DNA of 64,000 nt, from positions 90,210,001 to 90,274,000 of the forward strand of contig NC_042998.1 in NCBI RefSeq assembly GCF_006345805.1, in the 5' to 3' direction. Below are positions 14,828-27,617 of the stretch, piece after piece. The notes beneath the pieces were generated by a model that saw only the letters and a list, made by a program, of their open reading frames with translations, had not been told where the DNA came from and made no database searches. A program made the translations under genes and the position numbers. The stretch's first letter is position 1; the number at the start of each line of letters is the position of its first letter. This DNA is from Octopus sinensis (Eukaryota).

Positions 14828-16014
14828 TACTAGTGAGGCCCTATTTCCCTTCAGCTGTCCCGCATGTTCCACTGGGTCAGTGTAAGAGGATATCAAATAT
14901 CTGTGCTGTGTCAGCTTACAACAACATTGGCACCTAAAACAATGAGTAAAAACTCCATACATGCTACCAGGTTATATTCGATTCCGGTACTGCCTAATGA
15001 AAGGTCGGTAATTTATATCTAATCTTTATTTCTGCGCTATGTGTATTGTTAATAGACCTATTTCTCAGGATACAATTCACCTTGCTGTAAATAGATATCA
15101 TGTTGTGTTTGAATAGCACACAAATGTAAACAGCCAGAACATTGTTTCATTAACTAGCACTGCTAAGTTTAACTTCCCCGAGAGAAATATATTTCACCTC
15201 AGACCCTAAACATACAATGTAAACTTGATCAAAATATTTAGCTTTAATTTCTTATAGTCTTAGATGATAAAGAACACCTCATACGCATTATGTTATTTAC
15301 AATCACCAATTAAGTGTTCAATTAAAATAACGTCTCCAATCTGATCTTGGTACTAAAGCCTCTGAAAATATTTCAAGTTTAAGCAAAGAGGTTAGTCATA
15401 TGGCAATATGCGATTTGCACGAAGTGACATATTGCATAAAATTACTTCAGTTTCTCTGGCGTGACATTTTCGGGAGGGAAAAAAACAACCTATTCTCATA
15501 CGTTTTCCACGTGTTAAATGTCTTTCACTACAATGTGATAAAAAATACAAGTCATCTGAGTGCTTTCCGTGTGTTTATCGTGACACCATCTCTAAAACGA
15601 TTTGAATCATCTAGGGTTGCAAGAAAGATATTAAGACGCTGGGAAAGATTATTTTAAAATAAGGTGGGGTTGGTCAGTCTCGAATAAAACTGTTGTAGTA
15701 TATCACTCGATTGAGTACATTCATAATGGCAAACGCAATGACTTTTCCTACGTTGATATGCATATGTATGTATATGCATGTATACGTGCGTGTGCGTGTG
15801 TGTGTGTGTACGTGTGTGTGTGTGTGAAGGCACATGATCTAGTGGTTAGGGTGTTGCACTCACGGTTGCAAAATATTTCATTCGACATTGCTCTAGTCCC
15901 CGTTTCTATCAGCGCGGAGTGGCATTATTCGAAGGCTAAAACAATGTAAAGCGCATTGTGACCAGCGATGAGTAACAACATATGATAGTCTGATCGGTCG
16001 CGTGATCACGTGAG

Positions 16015-16050
<36 letters not shown>

Positions 16051-16109
16051 ATATATATATATACACACATACATATACATATATATACATATATATGTAT
16101 ATATATGTG

Positions 16110-16320
16110 ATCGCGTGTGTACCGTTGGCGATTTTTTTTCCCTCTGTCTTCCCTTCTCTGGATCTTTCCTTCTCCTATGTTTCCGATGAAGAGCTCCGCT
16201 CGAAACGTTAAACCCTCCTTCTTTCCTTCTTTCCTGAGCGTCCAATAATACTATATTTGTTCCACGTCTTCGCGTTGTTGTGTTTTTTGGTGCTTTCATG
16301 TTTGGATTAACTTTATATAC
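16110..16320 (+). mobile_element. Penelope-derived terminal repeat, copy 2
   Basis: Paralogue of 2935-3130; hammerhead core mutated (CCGATGA). Confidence 0.65.
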
Positions 16321-16359
16321 ATATATATATATATGCGTATACACACATATAAATAAATA

Positions 16360-16426
<67 letters not shown>

Positions 16427-17694
16427 AAAGGGCGACTGCTGGTCTTCCATAAACAACCTTGCCTAGACTTGTACCTCGGAGTGTAACTTCCTAGGTGCAA
16501 TCCTATGATCATTCATGACCGAAGAGGGTCACAAAAAAATATATATATACATATATATATATGTGTGTGTGTGTGTATGTGTGTGTGTGTGTGTGTGTGT
16601 ATGTGTGTCTGTGTGTGCATATATATGTATATATATGTATGTGTGTGTGTGTGTTGTGTGTGTGTGTGTGTGTATGTGTGTCTGTGTGTGCATATATACG
16701 TATATATATGTATGTGTGTGTATATATATATATATGTAATAAGTGTATGATTAATCTATGGAATGAAGTTCTACAAATCCAATCATATTTGTCAAAAATG
16801 AAGGAGATAAGATGTTAAAAAGTTGTAAGAAGTTCATTCATACATACAATCGTTTCGTGCATAGATATAAATTCATTTTAGAATTTGCAAATAAGAAATT
16901 AATCATCAGTGCAGAGAAAAAATAATAGGAACTTAAAAAAAAAAGACCAGAGAAGTTGGTTCTATGGGTTTTATGTTTATCTGTTCCTCTCTATGTGTGA
17001 TAGTGATGGGAGTCATGTCGATTATTAAACTTCAGGGGATGATATAAATATAGAGATATCGATAACTCTCTCTTATAGATTAGTATAGCTTTGCTAATTA
17101 AATCTTTATATATGCAGCATAGGGCGAGTTAGAGGAATGTCCAATGAGAAAACGTTACCTGATGTAAATTAAATCTAACCGTTGTAGACAATACTTGGTA
17201 TTGTTTTTTAAAAATATCATAAGCAGATGAGGAAAGTTTAGAGTAAAAAATTACGTTTGTAAAGCTTATACTAGAAAGCTAATGTAGTCATTTATGAAAA
17301 TATGGGGGGTGAGGTGGAAAGGAGGAATTTAAAAGAATGAAGGGGATGTGTATTAAGGACTCTTGTTTACTCAAGATCCGTATTCAGGTAACATGGAAGT
17401 ATAATAAAGAAGAAATGAGGGAAAGTGGTGACTGAAATGCAAATAGGACGATTAAAGTTGCATTATACTTACGAAGTCTATTGTTAAGAATAGAGATAAG
17501 AGAACAATTTAGGAGATGTAGTAAGAAGAGAAATATAGAAGCGATAAGGTAATAAATTAGAGAGGGTAAAGAGGAAACGAAATTATTCTAGTGTAGGGAA
17601 GATATATAAGAAGAAATAATAATGATCAAATATGGGATGTAATGAGAGAAAGGAATGTTAAAAATAAAAGAAAGCGAGATTATATATTTATATT

Positions 17695-18045
17695 TGCCTT
17701 TCTCATTAGCAGCAGGCCACAGAACCCTCGGTTTCCTCCAAGTACTATCTGATGCACCAGTTTCATAACCTGCAGTTTCCTGTTAGGAAGAGGTCTTTGC
17801 TGTAGCATTTATCGATCTGCTGTAGTTTGAGTCCGGGGATGATTTTCTACGTGTTTTATGATCAGATGATCCACACTGCTCTGTCCTCTTCTTACAAATC
17901 TTTCCCTGGTGTATCTTCAAGCCTCTCTCGGTTGCAAAGATGTTTCGCAAGTATCTGTTCTGTGATTTACAAACTTTCTCCCCAAAACTCTTCCAGCTTC
18001 TATAACTAACACATTTTTCAAAATTTGTACAGATATTTATCAATT
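17695..18045 (-). mobile_element. N-terminal fragment of an RLE-type non-LTR retroelement (HERO-like)
   Basis: F-x-TERGLKIHQGKIC zinc-finger-like motif followed by KPRVLWPAANEK; recognised from memory of HERO/R2-group N-termini. Confidence 0.55.
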
Positions 18046-20213
18046 GTCGTCAGTTGTTATTTGATACAATCACGGTGGTATTCCAAAAACTCGACAAACT
18101 TTCACTTTAATACACTATAAATTTAGAATAGAAAAAATAACTTTATTGCAAAATTCAAAACTTGCTTCTTTTTTTTTTCTTGTTTGATATTTTTTCTATC
18201 GCAATTCGAGGTTATCATTGAGCTTATAATAATTTGTCAAAACATCATTTCAGATGCTGCGGGATGGGTGTTACTTTTGTGTGGGTATGTTTGGGCACAT
18301 AAAGCAATTAACTGGTGCGATATTATTGATCCAGTGGTATAAAATAAAATAGCCATAAAACTGAAATTATTCTATCGTAATGTTATCTACAAGGCATCGA
18401 TTTAACTGACTCTTACTTTTCAACATCATAAAATTCTAACTTCCATCTTAGATTATGGATACGTCAGAGAAATAACATACAATGAACCAACGGGATCCTC
18501 TTTCAACCTGCTAGGTTAAATCTCCTAATAGGTTAAATCTCCTCCAACTGTTTTAAGAAAGTAATAACACATTGGATAATGCATTCATAAAAAAAAAAAC
18601 GAAATGACTACAATTGATTGAATGTCTATTCAGATTGACTCGTAGCTAAACAACACCACACAATCTCATAAGGTTTTTTTATTCCTGTTGTTTTTTATTT
18701 GATTGTCTATATTTCTTTATGGTGTTCTGTTTCTATAGCAATCGGACGCTAATTTTTAGATAACAATTGAATAATATCGATTATTTTCCTCGATTTTCAA
18801 AATCTTATAACTTTTTTACTGTTAATGTTCTTAATCCAAAACTATCACAGGTAATTTTCATGATGTTTCGATGTTCAGTATTGATGGTTGCTAGTTGTTC
18901 CTTGGTAATTTACAATGATATGCAATTAAAACAGTCGAAATAAATTTTAGCACAAATCTGAGAAACAAAGTAAATTCATTGGAATTTTTAAATGTTATTT
19001 TTTCATTTGATTATATCAGATTTTTAACGAGGTTTGAATCTACTAAAAGCGAAATTCGAGAGGATATATGATTCTTTCCTTTTTGAAGAGAATTACTACT
19101 GCAACCAATAATTTATGTCAGAGCCATCCTCCATAGAAGCTCAAAATTACCAAAGACATAAATCGTATATATGACACTTAGAACTAGGTATCAATTAGCC
19201 TTGAATCTTACAACTTTTCTTTTACAGTGATTGCTGTTATTCTTTAAAAGAAAAGAGTGCCCTTTTTCGCAAATTTTATGTGGTGTCTAAATATTTTAGA
19301 TTACTAAGCTTTAGACAGCTACACAGCCGAATTTATATTGTTTGGCACAAAAAAGTTCAAATTTGCAAAAATATCCCTTTTTCCGTACTCAGTGTGTATA
19401 GGTACTATGCAGTAGGACTAACTCGTCACTGTTAGTAACAATACTGTTACTATACATTAGATGAATTTATTGGGCAATAAATCTGGGTTCTCAATTCCTC
19501 CTGAGAAACTTGATCAACCAGTAAATCACTATAAAATTTCAAACGGTTTACGTTAATACTGCCATAGACGATTACATCACCTTCGTATAGAAGTTTAAGT
19601 CTAGATATTATCAATGATGTTACCAGTTAGCTTGGATTCAAATTATATTGGTGCCACGAAGTGAATAAAAAAGATAAACTTATATATAACGAGTCTGGGT
19701 GTTTACGAAAATGCAGAGTTTTATCTATTGTGCAATCACATTGTTTGCAGCATTAGAGTAAAAATATAAATATATAAAATTAAATAAAGCTAGACATTTA
19801 GAAATTTAATGCTGTCGGATCTCGACTATTTTATCCGTCTATTTATGCTATAAATAATGTATAAGTTTAGAAATGCAACATTTAAGATAGTAACTATTTG
19901 TGAGAAACTCGGCGAAGAATTTGAATCAATAAAATGAAACAAAAGTATGTTTTTATACTGGTTTCAGCATTCTTACAAGAACAACACCTTCAAGAATCTA
20001 GTCGTTCATTCGACCCCACGTTCTTATTTCAGTCTGAAGCTTATTTCATGATTTTTACCCCTCTCAGAAAGATTCTGCTTTCCTTGTAATAGATAATAGG
20101 CTTGCGTCATTGAATCAAGAAATTCTTAGAACTTTAGGTAGTTATGTTAAATTTTGTCGGTCTGTTAAAAAGTTAATTCAAACGACGCTAAATGCAAATT
20201 GATTTTATCAATT

Positions 20214-20610
20214 AGGCACAGGAATGGCTGTGTGGTAAGAAGCTTGCTTCACAACCACATGGTTCCTGGTCCAGTCCACTGCGTGGCTCTTGGGCAAATG
20301 CCTTCTACTATAGCCTAGGGCCGATCAAAGCCTTGTGAGTAGATTTGGAAGACGGAAACTGAAAGAAGCCAGTCGTATATATATATATATGTATATGTAC
20401 GTGTGTATTTGTGTGTCTGTGCTTGTCACCCCCACCATTGCTTGACAACCGATTTTAGTGTGTTTACGTTCTCGTAACTTAGCGGTTCGGTAAGAGACCA
20501 ACAGAATAAGTACTAGGCTTACAAATAATAAGTCCTGGGGTCCATTTGTTCGACTAAATGTGGTACTCCAGCATGGCCACAGCCAGATGACTGAAACAAG
20601 TAACAGAATA
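20214..20610 (+). mobile_element. SINE family 1, full length
   Basis: Same head, body and tail as the other family 1 copies. Confidence 0.9.
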
Positions 20611-20753
20611 ATTAAAGCTTGTGACTAATGTTTTCGTTTGTTTCTTACGACCTGTTTCGATGGTAGAGAAGCATTGATTTTATTTTTTCAAGTAATTCAT
20701 AGTTTTGGGGGTATTTTGTTGGTTTTTTTAATAATGATGGAGTAGATCGAAGT

Positions 20754-21480
20754 GGGATCTTTTCAGTTTGGCTGCCAATTTTCGTAAATTTATTGAAAAT
20801 ATTGAAAATTTTAAAATTTGGTACATTAATGTAGTTTTCCAAGCTGAATCTCATGAGATATTTCACCTTTTCCAGAATTTTTTTTTTTAAGTTATAGAAG
20901 TTTAAAGTTTGATCATTTTCACCCAATCAGAAAACAGGATTTGGAAGCTGTCATTTTGTGCTTGACAGTACGAGTTGTCACCTGTTAACAAATGAAATTC
21001 TGCTTTACGCATTCCATATAACACCTCATAACTTCTTTTTTAGTTTTGGGAATTTTCAGAAAAGCTTTTCGAAATTGTATTCTGCACACGGGAATTCATG
21101 CGATTATCCAAAAAGAAAACAAAAAGTTCTTTTGGTTCATGGTTTAAGGCCTATTTAGCTGTTATTTTTGGCACATCTGACGACCACCTTCTTGAGTGGA
21201 AATATTTGTCAACACGTGCTTTCTCGCAGACAAAAGAGTTGTCATGCTTGGCTTGTTATTATGGAAGCAGGCATAAATGTGTCTGTGACTTACGATTGGC
21301 TAAAATTACCCAAAATTTTCAAACTTTAAAAGCCAATAACTCATTATTTATTGATTTATTGCAAAAATGAATTTCAAAGCAGTGATTAGCATATAGAACC
21401 ATATCATTACACCGAATATGAAATCAATTCGAGCAGGAATTGAAAAGATTGAAAATTGGCAGCCAAACAGAAAAGTTCCT
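20754..21480. mobile_element. Non-autonomous DNA transposon (MITE) with long imperfect TIRs
   Basis: 30-nt TIRs 20754-20783 and 21451-21480 match at 27/30 as reverse complements, with weaker inverted similarity further in. No clear TSD. Confidence 0.7.
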
Positions 21481-22046
21481 TGAATTGTAATTCTTGATAC
21501 TTATAATTAATTTTGTTCAGTAAGTAGAGATGAAAAAAGGAAAGATGTTAACCTCGGTAATTGATTGCCATAGTCAGTTGCAATACAGAAAATACATGGT
21601 ATCACAACATACTAACACATCTACTTTGCATAGAAGAAATTAGTCTAAATATTAGCAATAATGAAATTAAAAGTTAGATAAATGAGTTATCATTGATATC
21701 ATAAAGAAATAGTATATTGGTGCTGTATAATAAGTTGTGACATTTAATAAAAAATATAATCTACTGTACAAGTTCATCAGGATTATTATTTAAAAAGACT
21801 AAGAGAAAAGATATAGGGATGAGGTACAATAAGGAGTTTTTACTGCATGTTTTGACTTTGAGACAAAATGTATTTTTTACAAATGTCTACTACCGGCAGC
21901 TGACAGAAATGTCTACTAGGCGGCGAACTGACAGAAACGTTAGCGCGCTGGGCGAAATGCTTGGCAGTATTTCGTCTGTCTTTACGTCTTGAGTTCAAAT
22001 TTCGCCGAGGTCTACTTTGACGTACAGGTTATTTAATTAATTTTAT

Positions 22047-22452
22047 AGGCGTAATTGTGGTTGAGTGGTAAGTAGCTTGCTTACCAACCACATGGCTCTG
22101 GGTTCAGTCCCACTGCATGGCATCTTGGGCAAGTGTCTTCTACTATAGCCTCGGGTCGGCCAAAGCCTTGTGAGTGGATTTGGTAGACGGAAACTGAAAG
22201 AAGCCCGTCGTATATATATGTATGCGTGTGTATATGTTTGTGTGTCTGTGTTTGTCCCCCAACATCGCTTGACAACCGATGCTGGTGTATTTATGTTCCC
22301 GTAACTTAGCGGTTCGGCAAAAGAGACCAATTGAATAAGTACTAGGATTACAAAGATTAAGTCCTAGGGTTGATTTTGTTCGACTAAAGGCGGTGCTCCA
22401 GCATGACCACAGTCAAATGACTGAAACAAGTAAAAGAGAGTAAAAGAGAGTA
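22047..22452 (+). mobile_element. SINE family 1, full length
   Basis: Same consensus; ends in (TAAAAGAGAG)n. Confidence 0.9.
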
Positions 22453-24174
22453 CCTTACAAAAACTAGATCAGCGTAGCAAATGGTCTTCCCTAAATGCAT
22501 TAAAAACATTATAACATAATCTGGACGCTCTTACAGAAAATTATCGTTGTTCTCTTTGAGCATATAAAAGACAAATTTATCTGGGGCAAAATGAGTTAGC
22601 CGAGATAAGGTAAGTTTGCCGCTTCAATTCGCCAGAATTACCTTTGAAAACAAACTCATACATACCGTCGGAAATGTTAGAAATGCTTAAAAATTTTTCA
22701 ATATCTAGGTTAAATGAAAGAGTATCAGGGAAAAATGGCACATGATATGAAATCATCGACACTCGACTAAATATTAAAAAATCATCATAAAATATTCTCA
22801 AGCTTCTTCACTATCTTATATATTTAAACACCATGAGTTAAAGAGAAGAAATTATCGAAATCAGTCATTACTCTTGTTACCCCATTTTAGACACCATTTT
22901 TTAAACCTTGAAAATTACGAAGTTAGACATTAGTGTGGGAATAAATTGACTTGGAATCCAACAGAGGAAAGAATATTGATTGTTAAACACCAAAAGTTAT
23001 CGCTATTTCTTTAGCAGCCTCAATTCAAATCGGGTCGAAGTTGAGGAAAATTTTCTTGAAAAAGAAGTCCTTGCCAACTGACTATGTTTCGGACTCTCTC
23101 AACTTTAACAACAACTATGTCGACCAATCTTTACTCCTAACTATAATGTTGCCTTACAAAATGATGATGCAATACTTACAATGCAATAATTTCAAACATG
23201 TACCGAGAAAATAACGAGAAATCAGAAATTACTCATTTTACCCCGCTTACTAATTTTGCACACGCGCACCCCTATATAAATAATATAAACGAGAAATATT
23301 TGCTGACCTCATTGGAAATATATATTTATTGCATTCGTCTCTTTTGCTAGAAAGAAGGGGAACATTAAAAATAGAAACACTTAAGAAAGATAACTTAAAC
23401 TAGTGATGAGAAATCAATGGTAACATGTAATGCCTTTTTTCTAAGCTTACAACTAAATTCCTCCCGCAGTGTTAGTTACTTCAAAATTAAAGCTGAGCAT
23501 AGGGCAGAACGCGCGTGACCTATTTGTTAGGGGATGTTGCACTCACGATCGCCATATCCCGGAACGGGCAGCGTCTTGAGTTCTTGTACAAAACACTTCA
23601 TTTCATGATCCTCTAGTGTTGTGTTTACTCTGCGTATCGTAAAAGCCAGCTAAAAGAAGTTAAAGAGTTGTACTCCGACCTCGTAAACCCTCACCAGCAA
23701 CGACTACCCAAACAGGTCCATGGGTTGCAGGGTTGTCGCCTGAATGTTGCAACGGTGTCATCGACCAGGTGTAGAGAATCACCAACAAATGGTAGATGCA
23801 GTGCATCCCCCCATACAAGTATTTGTGAGATATAAACTAAAATCTAATTTATTCCCTGTAAAGCATCCTAAATTATAATACACAATAAAATAAAACACTA
23901 CTTAGCTGTTAAAATAATTACTTTATTTTCCCAAGCCAAAGTTTCCTTTTCTAACCGTAGAAGATCTATATGATATTCAGGTTACCTAAATATTAAGGGT
24001 AAAAAACAATAGTTTTATTGAGTTGATTGTTGTAATGAAATGTTTCATACTTCTTTGTTTTGTTAATAGTATATTAGTAAAATTACTTTTTACATTTTCA
24101 TGGTTCTATTTCATCAAGTTTTTCTTCATCTTAAAATAACGAAGCCATGTGAATGTTTTGTCCATTCAAAAGTT

Positions 24175-24258
24175 TTGACTATTACTTTCCTTTCTTTGTG
24201 ACGTTATGTTACCTTATGTTGACTATTACTTTCCTTTCTTTGTGACGTTATGTTACCT
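24175..24258 (+). repeat. 39-bp tandem duplication with short spacer
   Basis: TTGACTATTACTTTCCTTTCTTTGTGACGTTATGTTACC occurs twice. Confidence 0.85.
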
Positions 24259-24947
24259 GGTTTTGTTTAAACAGTGGTCAGGTTAATTAAATACATTTAT
24301 AAATATATTTTTTCTTATTAGTGCTTCTTAATATTGATGCTAGAATAATGTTTTCTCTGTAGAAATCGTGTTTTGGGCCAAATTTATTATACCCGCTTGA
24401 TTGTCACTCTAACTGGTTTTTTCCTAATATTGTGATTGGACAGCTGTCGAAATTTTCAGTTGTAAAATTGTTTTCTTAAAGTTCCTGCATACTATAGCTA
24501 TTGAGATTCTTACTAATCACAATAGCTTTATACATACACAGTGTTGGTTTGACCTTTTTTTTTTCTCATTGACATTTCTATAGGAACCTGAAGATGGTGT
24601 AGTTTGTTCAGTTGTTGATAGATGCTACTTTTACAAGTAACATGACAACATAGGAGGATTTGGGGAGAGATTTCAGCACAGTATAAAATTGAAATGGAAA
24701 AAATATAGACCCTAAGTTTGGCGTAAATATTTACGCAATATTTTGGTGCCTATTTCAGTGGGATAGACAGCATAAAGGAAAATATAAACTAAATTACTGT
24801 CAAAGGTTCATAAACACCATCAACTTCAATGTTTAGTGACAATATGAACGATAAACACCTTCCTTTCTTTTTGTATTCAAGGGAAGTCTGATGTTATCTC
24901 CTTCATGTGATAAGTGATAACTAATGTGATTGTTGATATTGCTCTTC

Positions 24948-24980
<33 letters not shown>

Positions 24981-26479
24981 TTGTTGTTTTTGTTGTTGTT
25001 GTTGTTTAATCCCCAGGTCAATTCACGAGCAAACACATTATCAAAAGTGTTCCAACCCTGTTGTGGTGAAGCTTGCTTATGTTACATCATTAATATTCAT
25101 ATTATTCAATAATAAGAATTATATGAACCGCAAATCCTTTTTTAATATTTAAGCCATTATTTTCACTCGTAAAAAGGTGGTCAGCTAGCAGAACCGTTAG
25201 CACGCCGAACAAATTGCTTTGTAGTATTTCGTATGTCTCTGTCTTCTTAGTTCAAATTCCACTTTGCCTTTCATCCTTTCGAGGTCGATAATATAAATAC
25301 CAGTCAAGTACTGTAATCGATGGAATTGACTTCTTCCGCCCCTAAAAAGCTGCTGTTTGTGTGACAAAATTTGAAAGCATTATTTTCTTTCATAATGCAT
25401 TTGTCTATCTGTTTTGCGATGCAATGAAAACGCCAAATGGTGTGATTGTATCAGCTATTGTTAATAATGCGTATCTGGACCGGAATCATGATTCGGCTTT
25501 GTTGTTTCCTTTTGTTTGATCCTACTTTGTGTCGCGCCGTTCTAGTCGCAATACAACTTTATACTAATTTATTAACTATTAAATCAGAGAATTATAAAGA
25601 AAAGAAAACTTGAAATCTATTGGATGGGCTACGTTGTTTCCAAGAGAATTAAGGTTTTTAAGGGATATTTTTCAACATATAAATTAAATATACTTCCATC
25701 AGTCTTTTTTTTTGGGGGGGGGGATATCTTGGAAATATGGATTGCTTTCAAAGGCATAAAACCTCAGAAAAAAAACATAAAATGAGTTGTGATACTCATA
25801 ACGTTTGTAAGAAGACTGAAAGAGCAATTGTAAATAACATAGGTACAACCAGTAATTAATTTACCTTCTCCAAATGCTGATTATTTCCAAGTTTGATAAA
25901 AGTTTTTAAGTAATAAAATTGAAATTTTAAACCAATTTTTTCGAAGTCCAGAAAATGTGAACTTAGGATCCCTGATTCTTAAAATTTTGACAATGATCAA
26001 TATCACTGACATAGATGCCTATAGCAATTAGACATCTTTCTCTCCAGCATGGTGCAAGAATCACTTTGAAGGATCACTTTGAAATGGTGTAATTCTGAAG
26101 ACGACCGCTCTGGTATCTAGTAGCAACACTGATACGATTAAATGACCACTGTCCTCATAGAATGTTGTGAGATAATGCCTTTCAGGCCATCAAAAGGTTT
26201 CACAACGACGAAGCACGTTACATCTTTTAAGAGAAATGTTTGTACCTGGAACGGGTGAAACAGCCTACTCTTCTCCTGACTGAAGGTGGCCAAATCGCAG
26301 AAGCGACGAACATCATTTTTGGTAAGCAGAAGTTGCTGGTTTCTTCTCTATGTATTTTAGGCACCAAAAGAAAACCTTGATTAATCAAAAGTTGCTTCAG
26401 TAAATATTTCTGACCAATAAGCGACTCGCACCAAAAGGAAGCAATCTGATTGGCTAAAAATAACAGTTCCTGTTATAGT

Positions 26480-26901
26480 TGAGGATAGGCGATAGAGAAA
26501 GTATGGGACAATCTGCGTTCAGGTGCCACTTTCAATTCTCTCCTTGATCAATCTGATCAATTTTCAAGGCATTGCCCACTTTCTGCGAGTGCAAAAATCC
26601 CGGGGGACTAGATTGATGACCTGCTTGTGGCCAACATTGACGGTCTACTCTGTCTAGATGAGTTCCGTATTACCATTGCACTCAGAATGGGAACCGATGT
26701 TCGCAGGAGACAGATTTCGCTGTGGTAGGCCACTCGACTCTACAAGTCTTCAAGGTCTGTCTTGCTGCCTGAATACTGGTCGTTTTGCTTGTCACACCGA
26801 GCTAAATTTAACTATTAGACTGGCCCTGGCACGAGTTAATATCCCCTCAGTTCTGGAGACAGTGGGATTATCCAGAAGTGATGGGAAGAGACCAGATGGT
26901 C

Positions 26902-26932
<31 letters not shown>

Positions 26933-27345
26933 ATTTGGCTCAAAAGCAAATAGCAAGGCTATGTAGGGGGACATGGAGTTAAGTACAGGGTGGTGTTCAT
27001 GTAAAGAGTGCAGGCCACTTAAGGTCCAGGGAGGCTTTGAACTGTCTCTGTGTAGGATGTAGGTGCCTCATCTGGGACACCCCAGTCTGTGACTCCTATG
27101 CTCCCTCCAATATCCTGGATGCTGCGGCAAGTGAGGGGGTCACTATTTCCATAGCCGAACGGAACAAAATCCTGAAGTATCAGAACCTATCAGTGATTAT
27201 TTTCTTCCAGCCTGTGACGTTTGAGACGCTTCGTGTGGATGGGCCGCTAACGGTGAAGTTCTTGTCATCGTTGGCCGCTCGCCTTAGCTAAGTCATCGGC
27301 CGTGGTAATGCCGCGAGCGTGTTGGCTTGTTTCAGTAGGTTCTGT
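26480..27345 (+). mobile_element. CRE-clade non-LTR retroelement 3' fragment, interrupted by a short insertion
   Basis: [58 protein letters not shown] / CLIWDT..AERNKILKY..FQPVTFET..GRGNAASVL is the typical CRE zinc-knuckle plus RLE (PD..D..K..KY). Confidence 0.85.
26903..27058 (-). mobile_element. Short LINE 3' end with (AACT)n tail nested in the CRE fragment
   Basis: Minus strand reads FKASLDLKW, then a 3' UTR ending in (AACT)n. It splits the RLE between KRPDGLS and CLIWD. Confidence 0.55.
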
Positions 27346-27538
27346 TGAACCTTGTGATGAGCGACCAATAATTAGGGCACTTAGTGTTGCATTGATGTTT
27401 TCATTTCCTCTTTCCTTTATCTTTTTGGGGTTTCTTTCTTTCGTTTTCCATTCTGTTTTCTTTCTTTTTCTTTCCTTGTTCTTCTTCACCATTTTTATTT
27501 TTGAATATTGAACAAACGGATATGTATACAGCAGTGTT

Positions 27539-27617
<79 letters not shown>

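Noticed and set aside
17000-17690. Purine-rich stretch (also 56000-56600) as an old antisense LINE
   Set aside because: Strand bias is suggestive, but no motif survived well enough to call.
21170-21220. Hammerhead-like CTGACGA..CCAC/GTGG..GAAA in the MITE
   Set aside because: Stems I and III cannot form properly.
22560-22800. C2H2 zinc-finger-like HTYRRKC*KCLKIF
   Set aside because: Stop codons, no His pair and no tandem fingers.
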